IMG/VR virus record: IMGVR_UViG_3300037246_000955
Coordinates: 1 to 30,705 of that record
Reading direction: 5' to 3' (one strand)
Source: a virus
Taxonomy: Duplodnaviria; Caudoviricetes
Length of the DNA stretch: 30,705 bases
Positions within the stretch are counted from its first letter, which is position 1, and each line of letters starts with the position of its first letter. The translations under genes were made by a program, and so were the position numbers. This document shows, piece after piece, positions 1 to 9,830 of the stretch. The notes beneath the pieces are model-generated. The model did not search any database. It was not told where the DNA came from and worked only from the letters and a program-made list of their open reading frames with translations.

Positions 1-1917
1 CCACACCACCGTCTGACAGTATAAGGCTTGCGATGCCGGGGAACCTCCTTCCCAAAGATTGAGCACTTTCAATTCATCAAATTTGTTATTCGCATTCGTC
101 GCAGTCGGGATCGATTCATTCGCCGTGAATGGTACCAGCACCCCTGCCCCAGCTGTTTCCAAATGCTGTGCAGCGTCATCGACCAGCTCCCACAGCAAAA
201 TATCGTCAATCCATAATCTCTGAATTGCATCCGCGCCAAGGTCTTTATTGTTCGAGTAGAACTGAATGAAGTGCCACGTATCCGCCGAAATCAATCCCGA
301 ACTGTGAGCCGTAAAATCGTGCCGGGTATCTGTAACCGTTTCATCCGGCCATGTCAGCTCATACCCGGTGTGCGTCGTACCCCCACCATGCTTGAGCCGA
401 AGCTCAACGTAATTTATCGTTTGGTCATTGCCTAATCGAAATAACAGCAAGCCATCCGACGTTGTCGTGAAATCAAATCCAGTTGGAAAATAGAACCAGC
501 CCCCAAACCAAACCTGCCCGTTAAACAGAATTTGCGTTGAAGTCGTCGGAACAATATCTCCACCAAACGTACCGTCAGTCGGATTATCCGGTGTACCCGT
601 GGCCCCTGACTGTATTCCGATCTCGGCAGAACTACGTTTATCAATTTTCTTGATAACGACATTTGTATCGCAGCCTCCGGGGTCCGCAGACCCCGGCTCC
701 CAATCAACCTGCTCAGCAATAATGTTGTTGACAGGAAACTTCGGCAAAACATGAATATCAAAATCCAAATCAATATCCGGCGTCCACTGATTCGAACCCT
801 GCCCTGACCCTTGCCCTTCGCTTGCTGGAAACAAATCATCCGGTATATTCGCAGTCACCGTAATCGTTTCTGCTCCACCCGTTGACAGCCCATCGTAATT
901 CGCTTCAGCCCAACCATGCTCGTCCGTAATTATGATCTGAGGAGCGACATCCCCCACACCCTCATCCGAAAACGTTATCTCTACGCCAGCCACGCCCTCA
1001 CCAGACGTCCCAATAGCTCGGGTGAATATGCGGACCACCGATCCTGTTCTCGGCTCTCTAACGGCCACTGGTTGCTGTAGCGTATTAACAATCGGTACCG
1101 GGTTAAACCCGTTTATAAACGAGACCTCAGCGCCACCCGCCTGTGGCAAAAAATCCATAATCAAATAACGATGAAAATGCCGGTCATACCCATACAATCT
1201 TGATTCGTGAGTTGACCCTACTCGCTGCGGACGATGCTTCGTTACATGAACAGCCTGCCCATTTAGATAATTGAAAAGTAACTGCACACCAGTGTTCGAA
1301 ACTATGATGCCGTAGGGGTGCTCCATAGCAACAACGTGATGCACAAGTCCGACACCATGTATCCTCGTTACTTCGTCCCACGGATCGTCAAAGTCCCAAG
1401 TAGGCACCGTTCCTTGCGGCGCTCCCGTTACAGCTGCCAGCGTGGTGGTTCTACCTATTGGATCAAAAGCCTGCTGTCTTTGAAACCCAGCAAGCCCACC
1501 GTATTTCAGTAGTGGCTGAGTTGGGGTCATCTGAAAGCCCCGTTTCTGACCGCTACGAATACCCCACGGTCGTAATGATCCGACGTTAATATCACCAACA
1601 TACGTTTGCCCATCGCGACCCTCACGCATGACATCCAATGACAAATTTATACCAAGCCCGTCCTGCGATTCCAACCTGCCCAACGCCTCTCCACTAAGGC
1701 CATCCCATCGAAAAACAGACCATCGAATATCACAGGGATCACCAGTGTTCAGATGCCGTGACCACAGGCAATACGCTACCCCACTTGGGGCCGTATCCGT
1801 TTGGTACGAAAAAATACTGTAGTGGTTGTCCGCCAACTCACCATTGGCAATGTTCGCAAGGAAAATCGGGGCGCTCAAAGCAACCGGCTCACTTTGATAT
1901 GTCAGTCGATAGCCCAT
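1..1917 (-). CDS. Distal tail/receptor-binding protein with Big-1-like Ig domain and C-terminal concanavalin A/LamG-like domain (3' partial, >=639 aa)
   Basis: Absent from the ORF track. I translated from ATG at 1917 (ATGA overlap with upstream stop) to base 1 with no stop: MGYRLTYQSEP...GEGVAGVEITFS...ITDEHGWAEANY (Ig-like)...WFGGWFYFPTGF...ISADTWHFIQFY...RLWIDDILL (LamG-like). Confidence 0.85.
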   Translation of the reverse strand, partial: MGYRLTYQSEPVALSAPIFLANIANGELADNHYSIFSYQTDTAPSGVAYCLWSRHLNTGDPCDIRWSVFRWDGLSGEALGRLESQDGLGINLSLDVMREGRDGQTYVGDINVGSLRPWGIRSGQKRGFQMTPTQPLLKYGGLAGFQRQQAFDPIGRTTTLAAVTGAPQGTVPTWDFDDPWDEVTRIHGVGLVHHVVAMEHPYGIIVSNTGVQLLFNYLNGQAVHVTKHRPQRVGSTHESRLYGYDRHFHRYLIMDFLPQAGGAEVSFINGFNPVPIVNTLQQPVAVREPRTGSVVRIFTRAIGTSGEGVAGVEITFSDEGVGDVAPQIIITDEHGWAEANYDGLSTGGAETITVTANIPDDLFPASEGQGSGQGSNQWTPDIDLDFDIHVLPKFPVNNIIAEQVDWEPGSADPGGCDTNVVIKKIDKRSSAEIGIQSGATGTPDNPTDGTFGGDIVPTTSTQILFNGQVWFGGWFYFPTGFDFTTTSDGLLLFRLGNDQTINYVELRLKHGGGTTHTGYELTWPDETVTDTRHDFTAHSSGLISADTWHFIQFYSNNKDLGADAIQRLWIDDILLWELVDDAAQHLETAGAGVLVPFTANESIPTATNANNKFDELKVLNLWEGGSPASQALYCQTVVW

Positions 1918-2930
1918 CAGAAAGTCACGCTCGCTTGAATCGTCGGGTCAACTCCACCTGTCAACAGCGCCCGATATTTAATTTCTGCCACACCGTTTTC
2001 ATCGGTCGTACTCTGAGGAGCAGTTGGCCCAATCAGATCACCGTTGCCCACCGTAATACTCCAATCGATAAATCGATCTGACACACCATCACCCGCATCA
2101 TCCGTCAACGTAACTTGAATCGTACTCACTCGCCCCTCTGTAATCGGAGTCAGCGCAATCGGCGCACTCAGCGCATCAACCTCAAGTTCATTTGCCCAAA
2201 TCCGCATTTCCTGATTGCCAGTGTTCTCATGCAACGAAATGAAAATGTCGAATCTCGGCGAATAAACTAACGTCTCACATGATATCCCCAGCTCCCTGCG
2301 GGGCAATACCTCCACCCTTCTCTGCCAATCGTAAGTCATGAGCGTTGAGATAGAATCATTGTTGTACATATACAGCAGAGAGTCTCGCCCCGGCAACGAT
2401 CTTTTGTGGATACCCGGTGTCGGCGGGGTTGGGCTAAAGGTATGCTCAATCGTCATATCAGCTTGAAATTCATCAAGGGCAGCGGAAGCCAACTGAGCGT
2501 TATTCCCCGGCGCAACTCCCCACTGCAAAAACCGATCAGGCAATCGAATCAAATTATCAGCGGTCCAGCCAGAATCAGTTACTGTTTGCTCCGGCTGATA
2601 CGAGCCAGTCCACGGCTCAAATGTGTACTGAATCCCTGTGCCAAACGAAACTATGCCGCTCTGAGTTATATAATCATACCCAGCGCCACTAGGAGCAACT
2701 CCCCCCACTGTCTTTGATCTGACGTAAAAAATTCCATCCAGATTGATGACAATAGTCGATCCCGGTCCCGCTCTCGTGCCGTACCCAAGAATCTCGCAAT
2801 ACCCAACAAGAGCATGATCGTCCAGCCAGAAAACCGTTTCCTCACGCATCAAGACATCGAAGCCAGCGGTTAACTCATCATCAGGATCAGCCGTGCAGAC
2901 AATTGGCCCTTGCAATAATTTAAGTACCAT
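1917..2930 (-). CDS. Tail protein, beta-rich N-terminal region plus C-terminal Big-1 (invasin/intimin-type) Ig-like domain
   Basis: ORF 1917..3014 in the track; more likely start is ATG 2930 (MVLKLLQGP), overlapping the upstream stop. C-terminus VTLTDDAGDGVSDRFIDWS...STTDENGVAEIKY matches the Big-1 pattern. Confidence 0.75.
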   Translation of the reverse strand: MVLKLLQGPIVCTADPDDELTAGFDVLMREETVFWLDDHALVGYCEILGYGTRAGPGSTIVINLDGIFYVRSKTVGGVAPSGAGYDYITQSGIVSFGTGIQYTFEPWTGSYQPEQTVTDSGWTADNLIRLPDRFLQWGVAPGNNAQLASAALDEFQADMTIEHTFSPTPPTPGIHKRSLPGRDSLLYMYNNDSISTLMTYDWQRRVEVLPRRELGISCETLVYSPRFDIFISLHENTGNQEMRIWANELEVDALSAPIALTPITEGRVSTIQVTLTDDAGDGVSDRFIDWSITVGNGDLIGPTAPQSTTDENGVAEIKYRALLTGGVDPTIQASVTF

Positions 2931-3822
2931 ATTCCACCTGAATCGTAACCAACGTATCCACCGTCCCCGGACTATACGTTGCAATTGCTTGGCCCTGATC
3001 ATCCGTCTCTTCACCGATCACATTCAACGACCCATCCCCTGAAATAATCGACCAATCAACCGTTTTATTCGGCTCCCCAGTAAAAACTAAAAGTGACGTA
3101 CCCCCCACTTCCACGCGCAACGGTGTTGCCGATATCCCCGCCTCCTGAACAATTATCGTCCTCGGCATCTGAGCAGAATCGCCGTCCGTTGCTACATGAA
3201 AAAAATCAATCTCTGTGTCGTCGCCATGACTCGATCCAAAGCCCACCCAGCCAGCCGCCGTATGCGTGCCATCGGTAACTTCAGCCATCCAATTGCTCGG
3301 ACTCTGAGTCCCATACTCCCAGATGCGAGCTTTGAGCTGATCACCGATGCACTGAAATTGTAGCCAGTACCACGTGAGACTCACAATCGTCGGCACAGTG
3401 AGCGTCGCAAGAATAGACTCCACTCCGGCGCTTACCTCGGTAACCTCCATTTCACCAACAACCGAGGTGTCCCGAAATACGTATGAGTCCTCTGTCCCTT
3501 GTGGCCCACTGGCACGACACACCACCACAAAGCTGTCGTCAGCAATCGGCCCAGTCAGATATTGAAACAGCATAAGAATATCGGTATCAGCAGACTGGTG
3601 CTCGGGCAGATCGAATCGATCCCATGTTAAAAGCGATGAATACCCACCAAAGTCGTTGCCATTTTCCGTGTACAGAACGTTCGGCCCGACGTTATTTCCG
3701 CCAGTTGGCAAATCAAAATAAACGGCATCACCAACCCCATTCCAGCGGCGCGTCCAATCAGGCGGAGCTTCATTTGCCGCCGCTCGAATCGGGTCATAAA
3801 ATGTCTGCGCTAAGAACCCCAT
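2920..3822 (-). CDS. Tail protein with concanavalin A-like beta-sandwich and C-terminal Ig-like domain
   Basis: Directly after tape measure; TWYWLQFQCIGDQLKARIW...TDGTHTAAGWVGF is lectin-fold-like; ETDDQGQAIATY is Big-1-like. Confidence 0.7.
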   Translation of the reverse strand: MGFLAQTFYDPIRAAANEAPPDWTRRWNGVGDAVYFDLPTGGNNVGPNVLYTENGNDFGGYSSLLTWDRFDLPEHQSADTDILMLFQYLTGPIADDSFVVVCRASGPQGTEDSYVFRDTSVVGEMEVTEVSAGVESILATLTVPTIVSLTWYWLQFQCIGDQLKARIWEYGTQSPSNWMAEVTDGTHTAAGWVGFGSSHGDDTEIDFFHVATDGDSAQMPRTIIVQEAGISATPLRVEVGGTSLLVFTGEPNKTVDWSIISGDGSLNVIGEETDDQGQAIATYSPGTVDTLVTIQVEYGT

Positions 3823-6800
3823 TATCGCGTCGCCAATATGCGGCCAAACTCACGCTCAAGAACATCGCGCATCATTGAGTTCAGAGCGTCATCGCTGATA
3901 TTCAAGACAAGCTCTGTCGGTTGCTCTGACCGCTGTTGGCCCGATGCGCTCGCGCCCGCCCTAAGCTGAGCTGCCGATGGTGGAGAACCCACCTGACCGC
4001 CTTCCTGAAAGCGTCTCCTCGGCGGTTTCGTGATCGATAATCTTCGTTCCACATCAATTCTCGGCGCGACGCCACGGTTAATTGCCTCCATCATTTGCAA
4101 ACCATACTGCTTCACCGACTTGGCTTTCATGATGTACTCACCATCCGAAAGCAACGCCGGAATCGAATCGCTAGTGCTCGTACCCGGACCCCGTACACGT
4201 CCCCCCGGCCCTGATCCTTTCGCCAGTTTTAGAACGCCTCCACCAGCTGCTTTTGTAAATTTTACTGGTTTAACAAAGCCCCCATCAGCTGCTTCTACAA
4301 GACCACCCTGTGCTCCCCCCGGCACTGATCCACCGACACTTCCCACAAGCGACCCAAACAACGACTGGATCAATTGGTTAGCCAGCCGCTCAGCGATCAA
4401 CCGAAGCACCGCTGCCCTCAAGCCCTGTATAAATTTATCAGCCGACTCAGCCAGATTATCGAAACCGTCCAACAAGTCCTCGAAAAAGTTGGCCAGCTCG
4501 CTTTCCAGAATTACCACAAGTCCCTGTTCGAATTCGCTCAACGACGTCTGGGTTTTATCCAGCTCTTCCCGTAGGTTCGCCAGCAACTGTAGCAATGCAG
4601 GGTCTTCCGGGGCTGTTTCCAACAACTTCTCAACTGCCGGTATCAAGAAGTCTTCGATTACAGCAGCTGTCTCCTCTGCTTCATCACGCAACCTACTTTG
4701 GGCTTCCGCCTGCGTAAGAACACCCGCAGCAAGCTGAGCGTTTATCGCAACCTGCTTTAGAGCTAATTGAGTTATCAATCGATCAAATGCTTTCTCGATC
4801 CCCTCGATACTGCCTTCCGCAAGGTCTCTTGCAATCGCTTCAATCTGAGCTTTAGTGCGTATGCCGATTGCCGCAAGCCTTCCCTGAATCGTGGTTTCAG
4901 TCGCATCGAAGGCCAATTCGAGCACTTCAATTTGAGCATCGACTAAAGCCAACGTCGCCGCTGAAGACCTCGCAGTCTCACTCTGTGACTGGGCGTCTGC
5001 TAAAAGTTTCTCTTCATCAATACCTGCCTTAATAACCGCAATTTTCGCATCAGTAAGATTCCGGGCATTAAGCAACTGCAACTTCGCAAGGTCTGCATCA
5101 GATTTGAGCTGAGAGTTAAGAATACGCTCTCGCTCTGACGCGAATTCCTTTTCATCGATGATTCGTTTTTCGAGCTGCTCTTCCAAATCAGCCGTAAGCT
5201 GTTCGTTCTCTGCCCGTAGGATGTCAGCGCTTGCCCGTGCCTGAGCTTCATCTAATCGACCCTGTGCCGACGTAATCTGTACACCAGATCGAGCCGCAGC
5301 TACCTGTTCTGCTCGGGACAATTTAGCGTCTGCATCAGCTGCTTCCTGCGCTGCCAGCAACGCTTCCGCGTCCTTCACTTCCTTTACTAAAGCCAACTGC
5401 GCTGCAATGTTCTCTAGGGCTTGCTCTTGCGTTGCGAGCCTAGCTTGAGCAATCAATAAACGTAACGAATCCTGTGCTTGCAGCTGCGCATTTGTTATTA
5501 CTTGCCCTTCAGCTCCAGCGTGTGCAGCTCCCGCCGCTGATTCATCAAAACTAAATTGTCCAGTCTCAGGATCGAACGCATCCAATGATCTCTCAAGCCG
5601 ACCAATCTCAGCCCGAAGTTCAGCCGCAGCCAAGCCCGCAGTAAGGAATTGACCGTCTAGGTTTGCCAACCCCTCTTCGGAAATATCGATGTTGGCAATG
5701 CTGATCTCGGACTTCTCACCCAAAATCTCAAAATTTCTTTGAGCCAGTTCCAGTTGCTCATTAAGGTCCGCAACCTTACCTACCTGCTCCGAGATATCGC
5801 CTTCGGTCGTAAGCACTTGTGCTACAACACCCGCACCACCAGCCTGCTCATCTCGTAATCTTTTCAGGTCAGCAATGGCCAACTTGACCTGAATCCGCAG
5901 CTGCGAAACTTGAGTTTTCGCCAGCTCTAGTGCTTTGATTCGGTCAATCTCAGACAGGCTATTAAAAGCTCTAATCGCCTCGTCAACCGTTTGCGTGGCT
6001 TCCGCTAACGACTCTTCCATTTCATCGGCGCTGTCACGGAAAAACAGGAACGCAGTAATGACCAGCCCGATTGGACCCAGCAACCCGCGCATTGCCACGC
6101 CAAGAGCTTTCACACTGAACGTTGTCGCTGTCAACGCTACTCGCGTGGCTCCCAGTGCTTTGCCAATAGCAAGTATTCGAGTCTTCGATGCAAGGAAAAG
6201 TTTGCCCAATAGCCCGAAAGCAAGCGTAGCAGTGCCGATTATAGTGACAAACGCTCCAAACTTGAGCGTCAACTGAGCGATAAATATAGCGAGATCATCG
6301 TTAGCCAATAACTGCTGGAAGGCAATTGCCAACGCGCTAACTTGCGCAACGAGTGGCTCCAGAACCGGGATCACCGCCTCACCGAGTTGAGTAAACGCAT
6401 TGCTTACCCGAACAATAGCCTGCTCAAGCTGAACCCCAAAAGATTGCTCTATAAGGGCCGCTGCCCGAGCAGCTGCGCCAGAAGCCTCTTCCTGTGCCGT
6501 CAATGCTTGGGTGAATCTACCTGAAGCCTTACCGGTCAACTGCAAGATTGCTTGCACGCCTTCAATCGAGCCGATCAGTTTGATCAACTGGGCCTCGCTG
6601 CCCTTCGATGCTTTCCTGATCCGGTCGAATGTCGCTTGAAGGCCAATCTTCGCAATAGCCTCTGAGACGCTCGCAAACTCGCCCAGCGCTTCGTTGACTT
6701 CAGGGGTATCACGAGCAAGGCCCTGCAATGCAGCTCGAATCTGCGTCGTTGCTTGCGCTGTCGGAGTACCTGACAGGGTGATCGTCTGGATCGCAGCGTT

Positions 6801-7517
6801 CAGTTCAGTGAATTCAACACTCAGGGCAGATGCCAACGGTGCAGCTTGAAACAGGAAACTGGACAGTTGATCGATGGTCGTCGCACCACCCTTGACTGTC
6901 GTGAATAGGGAATCGGCTACCCGAGCCGCGTCAGTCCCTTCCAGATTGAAAGCATTCAAGACTGTCGCCAGTCCAAACGTGGCTGTCTCTACATCCGCAA
7001 CGCCCGCACGGGCCAACGTAAGGGCCACAGCGAGACGTTCATTTGCGTCAGCACCAACCTCCGCACCAGTAGAGATCGTCTGGTAGAGAGCAGCAGCGAC
7101 CTTGCTACGGTCAACTCCGAACTCGTTCGACAGACTAATAACCGAGTCACGTAACTCTTCGTTCGCTGTCGTAGTCGCCGGGACCAATGTCTCGATCTCA
7201 GCTATCTGGGTTTGGAATTCTCCTGCGGCCTTTGCAGCCAACAAGAATGGGGTCGCAATCGCCACACCAATAGCGGTAATCTTTTTGCCCGCATCGGCAA
7301 TGTTGTCAAAGCCTTCCGCCGCCTCGTCGGCTTTTTTCTTGGTTTCTTCTAGCTCTTCGTTAAGGTCTTCGACGTCATCAGTGAGTTCATCGATGTCAGC
7401 ATCGCCCAACTCTTCCGCTGCCAACGCAGATTCTTTGAGGTTTTTCTTGAGCTTAGTGATTCCCGCCTGCGCTTGATTGCGCAGCTTGATCAGGATATTC
7501 AGTGTCGAGTCAGCCAT
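3822..7517 (-). CDS. Tape measure protein (TP901-family core)
   Basis: 1231 aa, Ala-rich and helical; core AAALYQTISTG...VADSLFTTVKGGATTIDQL; hydrophobic middle segment; C-terminal GPGTSTSDSIPALLSDGEYIMKA motif; follows tail chaperone. Confidence 0.95.
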   Translation of the reverse strand: MADSTLNILIKLRNQAQAGITKLKKNLKESALAAEELGDADIDELTDDVEDLNEELEETKKKADEAAEGFDNIADAGKKITAIGVAIATPFLLAAKAAGEFQTQIAEIETLVPATTTANEELRDSVISLSNEFGVDRSKVAAALYQTISTGAEVGADANERLAVALTLARAGVADVETATFGLATVLNAFNLEGTDAARVADSLFTTVKGGATTIDQLSSFLFQAAPLASALSVEFTELNAAIQTITLSGTPTAQATTQIRAALQGLARDTPEVNEALGEFASVSEAIAKIGLQATFDRIRKASKGSEAQLIKLIGSIEGVQAILQLTGKASGRFTQALTAQEEASGAAARAAALIEQSFGVQLEQAIVRVSNAFTQLGEAVIPVLEPLVAQVSALAIAFQQLLANDDLAIFIAQLTLKFGAFVTIIGTATLAFGLLGKLFLASKTRILAIGKALGATRVALTATTFSVKALGVAMRGLLGPIGLVITAFLFFRDSADEMEESLAEATQTVDEAIRAFNSLSEIDRIKALELAKTQVSQLRIQVKLAIADLKRLRDEQAGGAGVVAQVLTTEGDISEQVGKVADLNEQLELAQRNFEILGEKSEISIANIDISEEGLANLDGQFLTAGLAAAELRAEIGRLERSLDAFDPETGQFSFDESAAGAAHAGAEGQVITNAQLQAQDSLRLLIAQARLATQEQALENIAAQLALVKEVKDAEALLAAQEAADADAKLSRAEQVAAARSGVQITSAQGRLDEAQARASADILRAENEQLTADLEEQLEKRIIDEKEFASERERILNSQLKSDADLAKLQLLNARNLTDAKIAVIKAGIDEEKLLADAQSQSETARSSAATLALVDAQIEVLELAFDATETTIQGRLAAIGIRTKAQIEAIARDLAEGSIEGIEKAFDRLITQLALKQVAINAQLAAGVLTQAEAQSRLRDEAEETAAVIEDFLIPAVEKLLETAPEDPALLQLLANLREELDKTQTSLSEFEQGLVVILESELANFFEDLLDGFDNLAESADKFIQGLRAAVLRLIAERLANQLIQSLFGSLVGSVGGSVPGGAQGGLVEAADGGFVKPVKFTKAAGGGVLKLAKGSGPGGRVRGPGTSTSDSIPALLSDGEYIMKAKSVKQYGLQMMEAINRGVAPRIDVERRLSITKPPRRRFQEGGQVGSPPSAAQLRAGASASGQQRSEQPTELVLNISDDALNSMMRDVLEREFGRILATR

Positions 7518-8138
7518 CCGTCAGTTCCTTAATGTAAGCCTTGAACCCCTTTTTGTCAGCCCATGCAGCAGCCCTGACATTGACAGCGAACGCGGCTCGT
7601 TCAGTATCTACACGTTTCCTAGCCAACTCGACTAAACTGATTAACCTCCTGATCGGATAGCGAAGCACCTTTTCGTAGTCATGCCCATTTGCGATTAGGA
7701 ATTCTGCGCCTTCGGCAAGTCCGTTGGCCCACCTTTCAAGGCTGTTGTCATCTTGCCGATGTCCATCTTGTTCAGTCTCCCGACGCTTTGTAGGAGACTT
7801 CCGGCCAGTTTTCCCAATGTCTCAACGTCCAGCGAAGACAAATCCCATACCTCCTGAATGGCACGGAGCTGTACGCCCACCGGTAGTTTCCGAACCTTCT
7901 CTTCCAGTTCGTGCTCATCAGCAGCGTACGCTATTGCTGCCGCCACAAATGCAGGGAACTCCTTCAGTATGATCTCAAAGTCCGTCCCTTCCGGTGACGC
8001 AAACATCGACTTCAACGCATCTGTGTGATTCTCCAACAACAGAACAACATCCTCTAACGAAAGCCCGCGCACCTGAAAATTATGGTCGCCCGGACATTCG
8101 ATCTCTACCTTACGATCTACAAGGTCTCTCAAGCTCAT
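7510..8138 (-). CDS. Tail assembly chaperone, -1 frameshift-extended product (gpGT-like, ~209 aa)
   Basis: The -1 frame is open from the slippery site at 7809-7815 to TGA at 7510-7512 (...RWANGLAEGAEFLIANGHDYEKVLRYPIRRLISLVELARKR...YIKELTDG*), filling the gap before tape measure. Confidence 0.8.
7695..8138 (-). CDS. Tail assembly chaperone (gpG-like, pre-tape-measure protein)
   Basis: 147 aa between major tail and tape measure genes; VRGLSLEDV...LPVGVQLRAIQEVW. Confidence 0.85.
   Translation of the reverse strand: MSLRDLVDRKVEIECPGDHNFQVRGLSLEDVVLLLENHTDALKSMFASPEGTDFEIILKEFPAFVAAAIAYAADEHELEEKVRKLPVGVQLRAIQEVWDLSSLDVETLGKLAGSLLQSVGRLNKMDIGKMTTALKGGPTDLPKAQNS
7809..7815 (-). promoter_or_regulatory. 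Programmed -1 ribosomal frameshift site G GGA AAA
   Basis: X XXY YYZ heptamer in the correct phase (TTG GGA AAA CTG); the -1 frame has a TGA two codons upstream and is open downstream. Confidence 0.8.
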
Positions 8139-8166
8139 TTCTCAACTCCCATCTCTGTTAAAGCAA

Positions 8167-8198
8167 GGGGGCTGTCCAATTGATTGGACGCACCCCCC
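8167..8198. promoter_or_regulatory. G/C-tract hairpin enclosing palindrome copy 1 (GTCCAATTGATTGGAC, 8174-8189); possible terminator/operator
   Basis: GGGGGCTGTCCAAT-TG-ATTGGACGCACCCCCC between major tail gene and chaperone; followed on minus strand by TTGCTTT. Confidence 0.65.
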
Positions 8199-8212
8199 GT
8201 TCACTTACCCGC

Positions 8213-8989
8213 TTACGTTACCGTAGGCGTTGCTGTGATCTTGAAAAACTTCGATCCAGCTGCCCGCGTCGCATCCGAGAGCGCGTTGCCCTCGATTGCC
8301 ATCTGCGCAATCTCGTCATTGATCAAAGCCAACTCGGCAAGCGGCGTAATTTCCATCTTGAAAATGTCAACCGTAACCGGGTTATCCTGATCCGCCGTAT
8401 TCAGACCGTGGAACCGTGCCCAGCGAACCGGGTTAGCACCAACTGTCAAAGCATCAACCGTTTCCTGATTCGGGAACGTGTAGTCAGCCTCAAGCGACTG
8501 CGTGTCCGTGATCGTACCACTCGACAGAGTTCTGAACGCGCCTGCCGCAGCATCGAGTTCATAGTCAGTGTCAAGCGTGTAAGTCACAATGCCGCCCGTG
8601 TTCGTCAAGACAAACAGCGTGATATTGATCCGATCCAACGGCGTCCACAGGTCGAAATAGCCAATCGCAACTTCAGCAGTCACCGTCGCACCGACAACAT
8701 CAGCGCCAGTACCCTTCAAGGCAATGGCCAAGTTCTCAGACTCGATGGATTCCATCGTCATATTGACGGCAACACTGATCTCCGTGATCAACGTCAAGTC
8801 AACAGCACGCTGGCCGGACTGAGATTCCTTGTGCTCGAATTCCGTTACTTCGTTACCAATGGTCAACGCGCTAACGTTACCCACGGCTCTGAATCCCGAA
8901 TTAGGCTCACCGGTCGTACCGTCTTTTGTTGCCAGCAACAGCACACCCTGACCGGAGAGGTAATTACTGGTTTTGTCAGCAGTAGTCAT
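8213..8989 (-). CDS. Major tail (tube) protein
   Basis: 258 aa; YLSGQGVLLLA...GFRAVGNVSAL...EHKES...LALINDEIAQMAIEG pattern typical of siphovirus tube proteins; position before chaperone and tape measure. Confidence 0.85.
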   Translation of the reverse strand: MTTADKTSNYLSGQGVLLLATKDGTTGEPNSGFRAVGNVSALTIGNEVTEFEHKESQSGQRAVDLTLITEISVAVNMTMESIESENLAIALKGTGADVVGATVTAEVAIGYFDLWTPLDRINITLFVLTNTGGIVTYTLDTDYELDAAAGAFRTLSSGTITDTQSLEADYTFPNQETVDALTVGANPVRWARFHGLNTADQDNPVTVDIFKMEITPLAELALINDEIAQMAIEGNALSDATRAAGSKFFKITATPTVT

Positions 8990-9043
8990 TTGCTTCTCCT
9001 AAAAGTATTTGACTCCAAGTCAGGCCACATGGCCGACCGGGTG

Positions 9044-9301
9044 TTAATCCTCGTCATCTTCAGACGAGTCATCCCCTGCTTCATCTTCTGAAGCCTCTTC
9101 AGATTCAGTCTCTTCGACTGGCTCCAACTCCACCGGCTCTTCAGCCTGCTCTGATTCAACAACGCCAACTTTCTTGACCTTGCCTCGATTAACCAATTTC
9201 AGCGCTCTATCAGGCGACATCGCATACACGTCTCCGACTTCCTTCAGTACGCCTGCGTACCAATGTTCCTCAACAGTCTCAACTTCAACGTCTAACGACA
9301 T
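9044..9301 (-). CDS. Small hypothetical protein with acidic C-terminal tail
   Basis: Track ORF 9044..9337; ATG 9301 preceded by GGAGAAAGG is the likelier start; GDVYAMSPDRALKLVNRG core and D/E-rich tail. Confidence 0.7.
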   Translation of the reverse strand: MSLDVEVETVEEHWYAGVLKEVGDVYAMSPDRALKLVNRGKVKKVGVVESEQAEEPVELEPVEETESEEASEDEAGDDSSEDDED

Positions 9302-9344
9302 AGCCTTTCTCCGCTTTGGTCGGTATCTTACCGCCACCGTGGCA

Positions 9345-9830
9345 TCACGTCAGCAACACGGTGGTCTGCCACCGCTGCACATACGCAATAACACCTTCAT
9401 CCAGACTCGCCGGGGCTTCCATCACAAACGTCCATATCCTGCCAGCCTGCGATACCGGAACCTGACTGGCCCCCGTACCCGTCATAGGCTTCGTCAGTTT
9501 GATCGTATCCCGAATCTGCTCCAAAAATTCAGTCGTGTTCATCTTCACGCCTGTCGCTTTGCTAATTTTCTCTACACACTGCTGACCGCCAATAATGTAA
9601 ATGTCTATCGTCACTACCGCAGCCAAACCCGTCTTACCCTGATTTCGATCATCGCTTATGGCACTCATGTTGTTGTACACAACGCCAATCGCGGGGAATG
9701 AGAGCTTCACCTGCTCGGTCAACAAATCATCGCCATCGTACATATAGATGATTTTGTCCTTGATCGCAGTGACCGTTGCCATCTTCGTCGTGATGTCAGT
9801 GATCAGCTCGCTTATGATGTCGTGTGCCAT
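9345..9830 (-). CDS. Putative tail terminator/completion protein
   Basis: 161 aa, FPAIGVVY motif, position between morphogenesis protein and tail tube; function inferred from synteny. Confidence 0.6.
   Translation of the reverse strand: MAHDIISELITDITTKMATVTAIKDKIIYMYDGDDLLTEQVKLSFPAIGVVYNNMSAISDDRNQGKTGLAAVVTIDIYIIGGQQCVEKISKATGVKMNTTEFLEQIRDTIKLTKPMTGTGASQVPVSQAGRIWTFVMEAPASLDEGVIAYVQRWQTTVLLT

Noticed and set aside
432-839. Track ORFs 432..839 (-) and 1184..1381 (-) and small plus-strand ORFs in 1-2100
   Set aside because: They lie within the uninterrupted 1..1917 minus-strand reading frame, which has recognisable domains; these are off-frame shadows.
8986-9168. 60-aa minus-strand ORF before the tail tube gene
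   Set aside because: Overlaps the acidic ORF 9044..9301 in another frame and reads as its shifted low-complexity translation.
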